Origin: Mustelus asterias
Lineage: Eukaryota
Direction of reading: 5' to 3'
DNA length: 64,000 nt
Assembly (NCBI RefSeq): GCF_964213995.1
Contig: NW_027590190.1
Location: forward strand, 186,001-250,000
Each line of letters opens with the position of its first letter. Within the stretch, counting starts at the first letter, position 1. The notes under the pieces were generated by a model that saw nothing but the letters and a program-made list of their open reading frames with translations, was not told where the DNA came from and made no database searches. This document shows positions 11,975-22,959 of this stretch, one piece after another. The translations under genes were made by a program, and so were the position numbers.

Positions 11975-12510
11975 GTCGCCATTACCCGCACTGCGCATGC
12001 TTCAGGTCCCGCCCCTCATTCACTCCGATTGGTTGGAGGACCAGCCGCTCCCGGTCGGTCCTCCAGTCCCGCCCCCTCTTCCTATTGGTCCGGAGCTGCC
12101 GTCAATCAGTCCCCGGGCATTGTGATGTGGAGCATGCGCAGAGTCATTGCTGTCCTTGGCGCTTGTTTGTCCCGGAGAAGCGGAGTCAGCGTTAGGCGGT
12201 GGCTGGGAGGATTTGGAAACACTTTGTGGATCCGCAAACCCTTCAGAATCATTGTCAGCTCCCTGGTTTGCAGCTGCGGGGCTTCTCCCTCCCTCCCTCC
12301 CGGGAACAGGCCCAGGTTAACGGCCCCATCCTGGCTCAGCCACTGGAGGATGGTTCACATCAGAGGATGGGGGAGGGGGACAATAAATAAGAGGTTACAC
12401 TTTGGCCTCAAATCAATGAGGACTCTGATCTCTGGGAAGGAAGGAAACCCTGGGAGGTGGGCGGGGAGGATTCACAAATACCCGCTGGAGGCCCCAACAC
12501 CCCCAGTAAG
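11975..12510. promoter_or_regulatory. CpG-rich ZNF promoter cassette, copy 1
   Basis: NRF1-like TGCGCATGC twice, ATTGG (CCAAT) twice, CCCGCCCC GC boxes; near-identical to parts of 35565-36590 and 50942-51125. Confidence 0.75.
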
Positions 12511-13764
12511 AAGCTGCAGCTCCCTGCAGTGACCAGGAGAGAAAATAATTGATTTTATATTCACTCTGTACAAAAGAACTGAACCCAGCCAGAATAGAGA
12601 GTGGGAGAAAAGATTTGTGAAGATATTTCACACTGGGTTTGCCAGGCTGACCAACTCTCTGAGAAAATGAAAGGACATCCTTCATGAGTCTGTCGAAGCA
12701 GGTGAGCAGTATTGTGTGCGGTGCTGCTGGAACTGTGTGGGTGGACAGGGGCTGGTTGGCAGCCAGAACAGTTGGAAGAGGGTGCTGCACAGATCCATCT
12801 TACGGGTGAAACAGCGCCCATACACCATGCAGCCTGGCACACTGGAGTCATGGGACAATCCATTGAAATATGAGCTGGTTGGTCAGTGTGGGAGTTGGTT
12901 GCAGGACAGGGAGGAGGGAAAGTGTTCAGGATGAGGATTTACTGCTGCACAGGAACAAGTGAGGAAACGATGTTCCACAGAACATAGTTTCAAATTCCAG
13001 CATCCGCAGTAATTTGCTTTGATTCCAAATAAACTTATTGGACTTTAACCTGGTGTTCTGAGACTTCTTACTGTGCAAACTCCACAGAGACAGTCACCCA
13101 CCGCTGGAATCGAACCCAGACTCAGTGAGGCAGCAGTGCTAACCGCTGTGCCACAGTGAAGGGAGTTTGCCGCAAATTTCGGGTGATAACAATGGACTGG
13201 ATGTTGCTCAGAATGTGGAGCACTGCAGCAAAGTACAGAGAGACAGAGCAGCAGACTGGACTGAGAAATGGAGTCTGCAGACTGGAACTGGCAGCATGAG
13301 GAGAGGTTATTTAGTCTAACACTCACAGCAATCTACAACCCACCCCCATTACCGAGACAGTGAGACAGAGATTACAAACACTCACCAACACAGCTCCAGT
13401 GAAACGTCCCAGGAAAAAGGGGGAATCTGTGGCAGTTCCTGTCCTGAAATAGCCCCAGGACTGTCACTCAAACCCCCAACCCGGCCCAGCTCACAGCTCA
13501 GCCTCTCAGCTTGCAGCTTCCTGCACCTTGAGCCAACCCTGCCCAGGGGTGGGAGGGATGTGGAACCACAGAGTGGGGGGAGGGGTGACCTCCTGCTGTG
13601 CCCCAAATAGTTTCTCCTTCCCCTCCCCCTTGGCTCTCTCAGGTCTGAATGGGGATGTGTTGATGGACATTGCAGAGCCGCACTGAGCTTATCCTGGGTC
13701 ACCCCCTCCCCCTGGGTTCAGTGTGTTCGGTTCGTTGCTTGTTTCCCTGCTGAACCTTCAGTTA

Positions 13765-13930
13765 ATCAAAAACAGAAAGTGCTGGAAAACCTCAGCAGGT
13801 CTGATCGCATCTGTGATCATCCAGACTGGAAGCATTAACTCCATTCTCTCTCCACAGATGCTGTCAGACCTGCTGAGATTTCCAGCATTTTCTGTTTCAG
13901 ATTCCAGCACCCGCAGTATTTTGCTTTTAT
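13765..13930 (+). mobile_element. Penelope-like P2 fold-back fragment
   Basis: GCTGGAAAACCTCAGCAGGTCTGA..TCAGACCTGCTGAGATTTCCAGC inverted arms; terminal GCAGTATTTTGCTTTTA. Confidence 0.65.
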
Positions 13931-14789
13931 CTTCATTTAAACAAGCATTCTTTCATGGCCTTTACCCCCATTGCTCCTTTCCAGAGCTTCCCACCTTCTG
14001 CTTTTGTCCCTGACTCCCACATTAACTCTGTCATTCCTTCCCTTTACCCCGCTCACCCTGTCTAAACTCAGGCTCAGAGTTTTCCCGCCATCTCCCCCTC
14101 CCCCAGCTCCCACATCCCAACACCCGGAATCTCTAACCCAGCGGTTCCAGTTTGTCTGGTTTGAGTTCAGATTTGCCGCAGCACCGACAGGATTTCACTT
14201 CAAACCAGCCGGAACTGACTGCTCACAAATCCCCAAATGTTTCTCCAGCAGCCCGGGCTTGTTAATGTTGTTTAAAGTCAGCGCCCAAATGCAGTTACTC
14301 TCCTCAGTTTAAAAAACTTCTCCGTTTAATCCAAAGTATTATTCGCCCCGGACATAAACACAAAATTGTGAACGTTACCCCCCCGCGCCCCCCCCCCCTC
14401 CCCCCCAACCAGACCCGAGCTGGGGTGTCCCGAGGAAGAGACATCTGTTTCGGGTGTGACAATTCTTACACATTCTCTGGTTGACATAAAACGGAAAACG
14501 CTGGAAATTGCCCCCATTACCGAGATAGTGAGACAGAGATTACAAACACTCACCAACGCAGCTCCACTGAAATGTCCCAGGGAAAAGGGGGAATCTGTGG
14601 CTGTTCCTGTCCTGATATCGCCCCAGGACTGTCACTCAAAACCTCAACGCCGCCCAGTTCACAGCAAATTGCTGCTTTTGTCAGAAGGGTCACTTGGACT
14701 CGAAACCTCAGCTCTTTTTGTCTCCTTACAGATGCTGCCAGACCTGCTGAGATTTTCCAGCGTTTTCTCTTTTGGCTGGAAATACTCAA

Positions 14790-15254
14790 CAACAGGTTTA
14801 TTTGGTAGCAAAAGCCACACAAGCTTTCGAGGCTCTGAGCCCCTTCTTCAGGTGAGTGGGAATTCTGTTCACAAACAGAACTTATAAGACACAGACTCAA
14901 TTTACATGAATAATGGTTGGGATGCGAATACTTACAACTAATCCAGTCTTTAAGAAACAAAACAATGGGAGTGGAGAGAGCATCAAGACAGGCTAAAAAG
15001 ATGTGTATTGTTTTGTTTCTTAAAGACTGGATTAGTTGTAAGTATTCGCATCCCAACCATTATTCATGTAAATTGAGTCTGTGTCTTATAAGTTCTGTTT
15101 GTGAACAGAATTCCCACTCACCTGAAGAAGGGGCTCAGAGCCTCGAAAGCTTGTGTGGCTTTTGCTACCAAATAAACCTGTTGGACTTTAACCTGGTGTT
15201 GTTAAACTTCTTACTGTGTTTACCCCAGTCCAACGCCGGCATCTCCACATCATG
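14790..15254 (+). mobile_element. Penelope-like P1 insertion forming a perfect ~177-bp-arm inverted repeat
   Basis: Arms 14790-14966 and 15007-15183 with a 40-nt spacer; TSD AATACTCAACAA at 14781-14792 and 15255-15266; hammerhead core in each arm. Confidence 0.85.
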
Positions 15255-15721
15255 AATACTCAACAAGTCAGGCAGCCTCTGTGGAGAGAGAAACAGACTG
15301 AATGTGACCTGTCATCGGAACTGGGAAATATAATATTATTTCCCGCAACTGAAAGAGACACTTTACAGCCTTCAGAACAAAACTGAGCTCAACAATTTTA
15401 CACCACAATCTCTGCCCCCATTGTGTTCTGTGTTTCGTTGCTGCTTTTTTCACCTCATTTCCCACTTGTTTACTTTACATTCAGACTATCGCTCACCAGC
15501 TATTCACACCTCATCCAGAACATCTTTTGTGTCTTTACTTGTCCCATTACCACTCGTTTTGGTCTTGGGCCGTGAAACATTTTGTCATTTTGCAGATCTT
15601 TCATTTTGTCCTTTTCCACCTCCCTCTCTCAATTCTTCAGAGGTCAGTCTTTGACAAAGGGTCATCTGGACTCGACACGTCAGCACTTTTCTCTCCTGAC
15701 AAATGCCCGTGACCGCTGAAG

Positions 15722-16180
15722 TGCATCATGGGCATTCAGCCTCTGATCTTCGGGTAAGCGTTCTCCAAGGCGGCCTTCACGACACACGACAGCGCAGAGT
15801 CGCTGAGCAGAAACTGATAGCCAACTTTCGCACACATGAGGACGGCCTAAGCCGGGATGTTGGCTTTATGTCACACTATCAGTAACCCCCACAACTTGCC
15901 TCCTGGACTTGCTGGCTGTCCTGTCTGGAGACAATACACATCTCTTTAACCTGTGCTTAATGCTCCCTCCACTCACATTGTCTGTATCTTTAAGAACTGG
16001 TTGGCTGTAGAGATTTGCATTCTAATCAGTATTCTGTAACTTGATTTTGTGTCTCTGTGCACTGTTTGAGAGCAGATTTCCACTCCATCTGACGAAGGAG
16101 CAGCGCTCCAAAAGCTAATGGTATTTGCTATCAAATAAACCTGTTGGACTTTAACCTGGTGTTGTTAAAACTGTTACTCT
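15722..16180 (+). mobile_element. Penelope-like P1 3' end (GIY-YIG C-terminus and terminal repeat)
   Basis: GHSASDLRVSVLQGGLHDTRQRRVAEQKLIANFRTHEDGLSRD; hammerhead-like CTGACGAAGGAGCAGCGCTCCAAAAGCT at ~16089. Confidence 0.85.
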
Positions 16181-16239
16181 AAATATATCCCCATCGCTCT
16201 GGGTGGGAGTGGAATTGATGATTTCTTGACTGTCTGTCT

Positions 16240-16510
16240 GCACTGCTGCCTCACAGTGCCAGGGACCCGGGTTCAATTCCCAGCTTGGGTCACTGTCTGT
16301 GTGGAGTCTGCACGTTCTCTCCGTGTCTGTGTGGGTTCCCTCCGGGTGCTCCAGTTTCCTCCCACCGTCTGAAAGATGTGCTATTTAGGTGCATTGACCC
16401 AAACAGGTGCTGGAGTGTGGCGACTCGGGGAATTTCACAGTAACTTCATTGCAGTGTTAATGTAAGCCTTACTTGTGACTAATAAATAAATTTAACTTTT
16501 AACTTTAATT
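16240..16510 (+). mobile_element. V-SINE with alternative (non-CR1) tail
   Basis: tRNA-like head GGGTTCAATTCCC, V-type core, tail CAGTAACTTCATTGCAGTGTTAATGTAAGCCTTACTTGTGACTAATAAA. Confidence 0.85.
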
Positions 16511-16519
16511 TTGTGAACT

Positions 16520-16845
16520 CATAGAATCGTAGAATCTTACAGTGCAGAAGGAGGCCATTCAGCCCATCGAGTCTGCACCAACCACAATCCCACCCAGGCC
16601 CTATCCCCGTAACACCACATATTTAACCTGCTAATCCTCCTAACACGGGTCAATTTTGCATGGCCAGTCAACCTAAGCAGCACATCTTTGGACTGTGGGA
16701 GGAAACCGGAGCACCCAGAGGAAACCCACGCAGACACAGGGAGAATGTGCAGACTCTGCACAGACAGTGACCCAAGCCAGGAATTGAACTCAGGTCCCTG
16801 GCGCTGTGAGGCAGTAGTGCTAACCGCTGTGCCACCATGCCGCCC
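16520..16845 (-). mobile_element. Full-length V-SINE (HE1-like) with CR1 tail
   Basis: GGCGGCATGGTGGCACAGCGGTTAGCACT head through GGCCTCCTTCTGCACTGTAAGATTCT tail. Confidence 0.9.
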
Positions 16846-17767
16846 TCATCTCCTTGAACAAATAGTAAATTGTAGAGATTATAAAGTTTGAATTGTAATA
16901 TCTAATGGTGTAAAATATCTGGGAGCAGAGTGGATGTGATAAAGGCTGGAATACAGACTGTGGGAATGAGGCTGAAACTGCTGTGCTCAGTGAATGGTTC
17001 TTATTGGAGGGAGGGATGTAGCGGGATCTTCCTTGTTACTCCACTTACAGGCCGATGTTTGAGGGTCTGCCGATAGCTGTGAGTGTCTCTCTCTTACAGG
17101 CCTTGAAATTTCAAAGGCTGGGGAATGCTGCACTGGGGCAAGTCCACAGGAGAGAGCGCTGAACCAGGCTCACCGTTTATAGCTGACCGGTAACCTGATA
17201 CTTATATCACACAGCCATCCCAAAACCCCCACCAAGGCCTGAGTGATTCTCTCCCTTGTTGGTGGGACAATGGCCACCCTGCACCCACTCCACTCGAGTA
17301 GGTCTCCAAGAGAGAGAACAGAGAGACTCTGTCCCTTTTATCTCCTGACCAGCAGTCTCCCTTGAGTGAGCGGGTTCGAATCACTCAGATCACCCTCGGT
17401 TCCAGACTCCGGATTTATGGTAAGGGATATTGAAACTGTGACCTCGTCAGAGTGCACTGATGAGAGAACAAGAGGCAAGATGGACTCCAAATGAGTTTCA
17501 AAACTTACAGTGATTTATTTAACAATAAAATCAACCTCTTCAATACCCCACCACACATGAATAAAACTTATACTTCATACTACACTATGGGAGAAATGCT
17601 AATGGGTACAACGTATTACTGAACTTTAAAATTACAATACACCACCCCTCCCCTTGCCTCAACCTCTATCCTATCCTCGGGAGCTTCACAAGGTTGGCTG
17701 GGATACTCACAATTCTAAAAGGGGTTCCTTTGTGGTCGGCTCGAATGTCTTAGTGCAGGGTCGAAAC

Positions 17768-17929
17768 GGAAGAGAGCTCGGTCCTGCTTGTCTGTGTCAC
17801 TGCTTGCGATTCTGGAAGAGAGCTTGGTTCTGCTTGTCTGTGTCCCTGCTTGCGATTCTGGAAGAGAGCTTGGTCCTGCTTGTCTGTGTCACTGCTTGTG
17901 ATTCTGGAAGAGAGCTTGGTTCTGCTTGT
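17768..17929. repeat. 46-bp tandem repeat, ~3.5 copies
   Basis: GGAAGAGAGCTTGGTCCTGCTTGTCTGTGTCACTGCTTGCGATTCT starting at 17768, 17814, 17860 and 17906. Confidence 0.95.
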
Positions 17930-18321
17930 TTGACTCTCAGCTCAATTTAACAAAAACACCTTCCCTGCCCCCGTAGGTGATTTTCAAGGACAATGGGGCT
18001 TTCAATCACCGGCAGTTTCAGTTTAATTTAGTCAAGTCCACACACAAAAGGCTGGAACTGCCTTGACCCCCTGTGGGTCGTTATTTCAATGTCTTCTGTG
18101 GATGGGCCGATTTCTGTGGCCATGGACTCCCTGCTGGTCTGTTTACTGTCCTTTGTCCTTCTGATGATTCGATCACTGGTGGATCTGCCTTTTTGGCCAC
18201 TTGCATATTCAGGGACCTCACACCTTTCTTTCTCTTCGCACAGCCCACCGACAGGTTATGTTTGTCCTGCCGAGCCTTCTGGGGGTTTTTATCAGCCAGC
18301 AGCCAGAGTTGGCCACTTTTA

Positions 18322-18906
18322 AACTGCTACGACAACGGATGAATGAACACCGCTCGACAATCATCAGGCAAGACTGTTCTCTTCCTGTGGGGGAGCACTT
18401 CAGCAGTCACGGGCATTCAGTCTTGGATCTTCAGGTAAGCGTTCTCCAAGGCGGCCTCACGACACACGACAGCGCAGAGTCGCTGAGCAGAAACTGATAG
18501 CCAAGTTCCGCACACATGAGGATGGCCTAAACCGGGATGTTGGATTTATGTCACATTATCAGTAACCCCCACAGCTTGCCCCCTGGACTTGCAGAATCTC
18601 ACTAGCTGTTCTGTCTGGAGACAATACACATCTCTTTAACCTGTGTTTAATGCTCCCTCCACCCACATTGTCTGTACCTTTAAGACCTGGTTGGTTGTAG
18701 GGATTCGCATTCTAATTAGTATTCTGTAACTTGATTTTGTGTCTCTGTGCACTGTTTGAGAGCACATTTCCACTCCATCTGACGAAGGAGCAGCGCTCCA
18801 AAAGCTTATGGTATTTGCTACCAAATAAACCTGTTGGACTTGAACCTGGTGTTGTGAGACTTCTTACTGGGTTCACCCCAGTCCAATGCTGGCATCTCCA
18901 CATCAC
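18322..18906 (+). mobile_element. Penelope-like P1 3' end (GIY-YIG C-terminus)
   Basis: LRQRMNEHRSTI..PVGEHFSSHGHSVLDLQVSVLQG; homologous to 15722-16180. Confidence 0.85.
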
Positions 18907-18964
18907 TTTTAAACTGTCAGGTTTCTCCTGAGTCCTTTTAAAATATGGAGGATTGCCCTGAAAC

Positions 18965-19070
18965 TTACAGGGATGGGAGGAGGGAGAAAGGGATGGATGG
19001 TGAGAGGGAGGGATGGAGAAGGGAGGGAGAGTGAGGTGGATGGAGGGAGAGAGGGATGAATGGGGGTGAA
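18965..19070. repeat. GA-rich low-complexity tract
   Basis: GGAG/GGAT-rich purine run. Confidence 0.8.
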
Positions 19071-19172
19071 TGTGAGAAGCTGAAGTTTACATTTGAAGAG
19101 GTTCCCAGTCTCTCTGATCAGCTGAACTGGGGAAGCTTTTGCGCAGACTGCACTGCTGCTGTTTCCCCTCTT

Positions 19173-19520
19173 GTAAGAAGTCTCACAACACCAGGTTAAA
19201 GTCCAACAGGTTTATTTGGTAGCAAATACCAATATGGTATTTGCTACCAAATAAACCTCTTGGACTTTAACCTGGTGTTGTGAGACTTCTTACTGTGTTT
19301 ACCCCAGTCCAACGCCGGCATCTCCACATCATTTTTAAACTGTCAGGTTTCTCCTGAGTCGGGTACACCTGTTCGGGTACACTGAGGGAGAATTCAGCAT
19401 GGCCAATGCACCTAACCATAATGGTATTTGCTACCAAATAAACCTGTTGGACTTTAATCTGGTGTTGTGAGACCTCTTACCGTGTTCACCCCAGTCCAAC
19501 GCTGGCATCTCCACATCATC
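19173..19520 (+). mobile_element. Composite of Penelope-like P1 ends (fold-back 19173-19293), copied flank and SINE piece
   Basis: Near-perfect inverted arms centred at ~19232; two further P1 termini ending CATCTCCACATCA. Confidence 0.75.
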
Positions 19521-19669
19521 CCCTCCTGTCCACCAGAGGTCGCTGTAGGCCTCCCAGCTGCTGCTCCTCCCAGTGTCACCTGTTGCCCACTCCAGCCCCT
19601 CCAGTACACCTCACTGGAGCCCCGGGCCATTCTTGCCATCCTGCCAGGTCTCGGGTACTGAGGCCAGTA

Positions 19670-19970
19670 GTAAAGTTTATTTATGAGTCACAATAAGGTT
19701 TACATTCACACTGTAATGAAGTTACTGTGAAAATCCCCGAGTCGCCACACTCCGGCACCTGTTCGGGTACACTGAGGGAGAATTCAGTTTGGCCAATGCA
19801 CCCTAACCAGCACATCTTTTGGACTGTGGGAGGAAACCGGAGCACCTGGAGGAAATCCACAGACACGGGGAAAATGTGCAAACTCCACACAGTGACCCAA
19901 GCCGGGAATCAAATCCAAATCCCTGGTGCTGTGAGGCAGCAGTGCTAACCACTGTGCCACTGTACCACCC
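19670..19970 (-). mobile_element. V-SINE with alternative tail
   Basis: Reverse complement of the 31918-32218 type. Confidence 0.85.
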
Positions 19971-21377
19971 AGTGCTCTGAGGTTAAGTTTCTTCTTCAAA
20001 CCTAAGAAGATTCAGTGTCACATCAGGACGGGGAAAAAGGAGTCCATTGGCTTCAGATGGATAATGATAAAAGTTAATATCCCAATTTATTCACTTTATT
20101 CCTTCAAGCTGAGGTTTACAAAGTGAGAATTCCGCTGTTTATAGCAGTGACTAAATAAGCAATGACACTCATCCTATATTTAAATTAGTCTGGAATACAC
20201 CTCAATTTCACACAGGTTAACATTTTTCAAGCATTTGGAACCCCAAATGTCTGCTGACGTGTCATCCAGAGCTGTTTTCCTGGCAGTTTGTGTCAGTAGC
20301 AGGCTGCCGTTACCATCCACTCTTGGGCAGGGTGAGGAGACAGCTCCGACACCGACCTCAGCTGGAATGGGAATTGAACCATACATTAGTCCGCAGGCCA
20401 GCAATGCTGCAGGAATTGCAGAGGGGCTGCACAGAGGTCCAGAATTGGAAGAGGGGGTTGTGGAGATGGAGGAAGCGTCTGCAAGACATGGGGACATTTT
20501 GGATTATCTCAAAATTACAGAATGCGGGAGACCAGTCAGGAATGTGTTGAAATTGTCAAGTCTGGCAGTAATGTGTGGATGTGGGATTCAGCAGCAGATG
20601 AAGGGCTGCACGGTGGAACAGTGGTTGGCACTGCTGCCTGACAGCAGTGGGTTTCTGTGTACGTTCTCCCTGTGTCTGAGTTTCCTCTGGGTGCTTCCGT
20701 TTCCTCCTACATTCCAAAGATGTGCAGGTCAGGTGGATTGGCCATGTTAAATTATCCGTTAGCGTCCAAAGATGTGTAGGTTAGCAGGGTAAATGCACAT
20801 GGGTACAGGGCTCATCGAGTCTGCACCGACTCTCCAACAGAGCATCTTACCCAGGCCCTATCCCAGTAGCCCCACATATTTATCCCGCTGTTCCACTGTG
20901 TTACTTGTTCATTACAATAGGGACCAGAGTCTGAGGTTATAAATGGGTGAGTTTACTCCAATAGTAATTCTTTCGACATCTGACAAGTTTACAGCTATGA
21001 ACATCCTGCCTATCAAATAGCTCCAGCCTACATATGAGAGGACCAACATTCAGAGCTTTCAAATCTTTATCCTGAAGTTACAAAACAGACTTTAGTCATC
21101 GGCCTGCTGATACATCGGCACATTCACACAGGGGTGGATTGGACTGTCATCTGTTTATTATTCATCTTTAGTTCAATACAGTTTCTGAGTGATTTAAATT
21201 TAAAACAAGGTCTGCAGGCGTGAAGATTTATTGACACATGAATGTGAGATGCTGTGGGGTATTCTACAAGTCCAACAGGGCTGATTTACATCAGAAAAAC
21301 TCCAACTATCAGTATAAACATTATTTAGTTGGGATGTAATTAACAGCAGCAATAACAGCAGAATCACACCCCTGTGA

Positions 21378-22578
21378 TCACTGGTGAACTCGCTGGTGTC
21401 TCACCAGGTTGTATGACTGGGTGAATCCCTTTCCACACATTGAACAAGTGAACGGCTTCTCCTCACTGTGAACTTGTTGGTGTCTCAGCAGAATGGATGA
21501 CCGGGTGAATCCTTTCCCACACTCAGTGCAGGTGAACGGTTTGTCCTCAGAGTGATTTCGCTGGTGTGCGAGCAGAAGTTTTCTGCTTTTAAAGCTCTTC
21601 TCACAGTCAGAACATCTGAACGGTCTCTCATTTGTGTGAACAAGTTGGTGTGAAGTGAGAGAAGATAAACAAGTGAATCTCTTCCCACACACAGGGCAGG
21701 TGAACGGCCTCTCCCCAGTGTGAATTCGCTGGTGTACAGTGAGGTCGCCTGATCGCCTGAAGCCAGTCCCGCAGTGAGAACACATGAATGGTCTCTCGTC
21801 AGAGTGAGCACGTTGATGGTGATGCAGTTCCTCAGAACTTTTATAGCCTTTCCCGCAGTCTGGACATTTAAACAGTCTCTCTTCACTGTGAACTCGTTGG
21901 TGTTTCTGCAGGTTGGATGTTCGGTTAAATCCTTTCCCACATTCAGAGCAGGTGAATGGCCTCTCTCCAGTGTGAATGCGCTCATGTGCCACAAGGTGGA
22001 ATGATGTCCTGAATCCCTTCTGGCAGTGGGAGCAGCTGAACGGTGTGGAACCGGTGTGAATGTACTGGTGCTCCCGCAGTGTGCGTGGAGTTTTAAAACT
22101 CTTTCCACACTCAGTGCATTTAAACTCTTTCCTGTCGGTGTGAACTCGCTGGTGTCTCTGCAGGGCAGAGAAATCTGTGAATCCCTTCCCACACACGGAG
22201 CAGGTGAAAGGCCTCTCCCCTGTGTGAATGTGCCGATGTATCAGCAGGGCCGATGACTGAGTAAATCCTTTTCCACATTCGGAGCAGGTGAACTGCCTCT
22301 CCCTGCTGTGAATGCGCTGGTGAATCAACAGGCCAGCCGTCTGAGTGAATCCCTTCCCACACACAGGGCAGGTAAAAGGTCTCTCTCCAGTGTGAGTGCG
22401 TCGGTGATTTTCCAGGTCAACTGGGGAATTGAATCCTTTCCCACAGTCTCCACATTTATACGGTCTCTCCCTGATGTGACTGCGCTTGTGTCTTGACAGG
22501 CCAGACGATCGTTTGAAGCCTTGTCCACACACATGTGTATGTTTTCTCCCCACTGTGAATGGTGCTTTTTTCTTCCAT
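21378..22578 (-). CDS. C2H2 zinc-finger gene, 13 intact fingers; N-terminal frameshift (possible young pseudogene)
   Basis: ATG at 22578 ([16 protein letters not shown]) is out of frame with the 13-finger ORF 21378-22553 because of an indel in TGTGTG at ~22535; acceptor TTTTCAG at ~22685-22692. Confidence 0.7.
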
Positions 22579-22959
22579 GTTTAATGGCCTATGATATTTA
22601 GATCCTGATGAATCGAGGCACTCTGTCTGATCTTGATGTGATCCTTGATTTACAATTGTCTGTAATTCCTCACCTTCTAATCCCCTGAAAAATGAATTGA
22701 AAACAGAAAGAGGGAAACATAAGAGACAAGCCATTATAACACAAAGGCAAGATGTGAAATTGAGCTGAATGAATCTGGTAAATTGTGGGATTAGGAATAG
22801 GAAAAAGGATATGAAAGCTGCTGGATTGTCATAAAGCTTCAAACGGTTTACCAGTGCACTGAGGGAAAGGAACCCTTCACCCTTCAGAGCCCACAACAAA
22901 AATCCAGCCTTTCTGTGTGAAGAGGGAGAGGTCGGGAGGAGGGTGACGGAGAGAGACTT

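Noticed and set aside
14550-15255. Two ORFs with identical segments on opposite strands
   Set aside because: Artefact of the inverted repeat.
16520-16845. tRNA genes at SINE heads
   Set aside because: A/B boxes run into a SINE core and LINE tail without a full cloverleaf.
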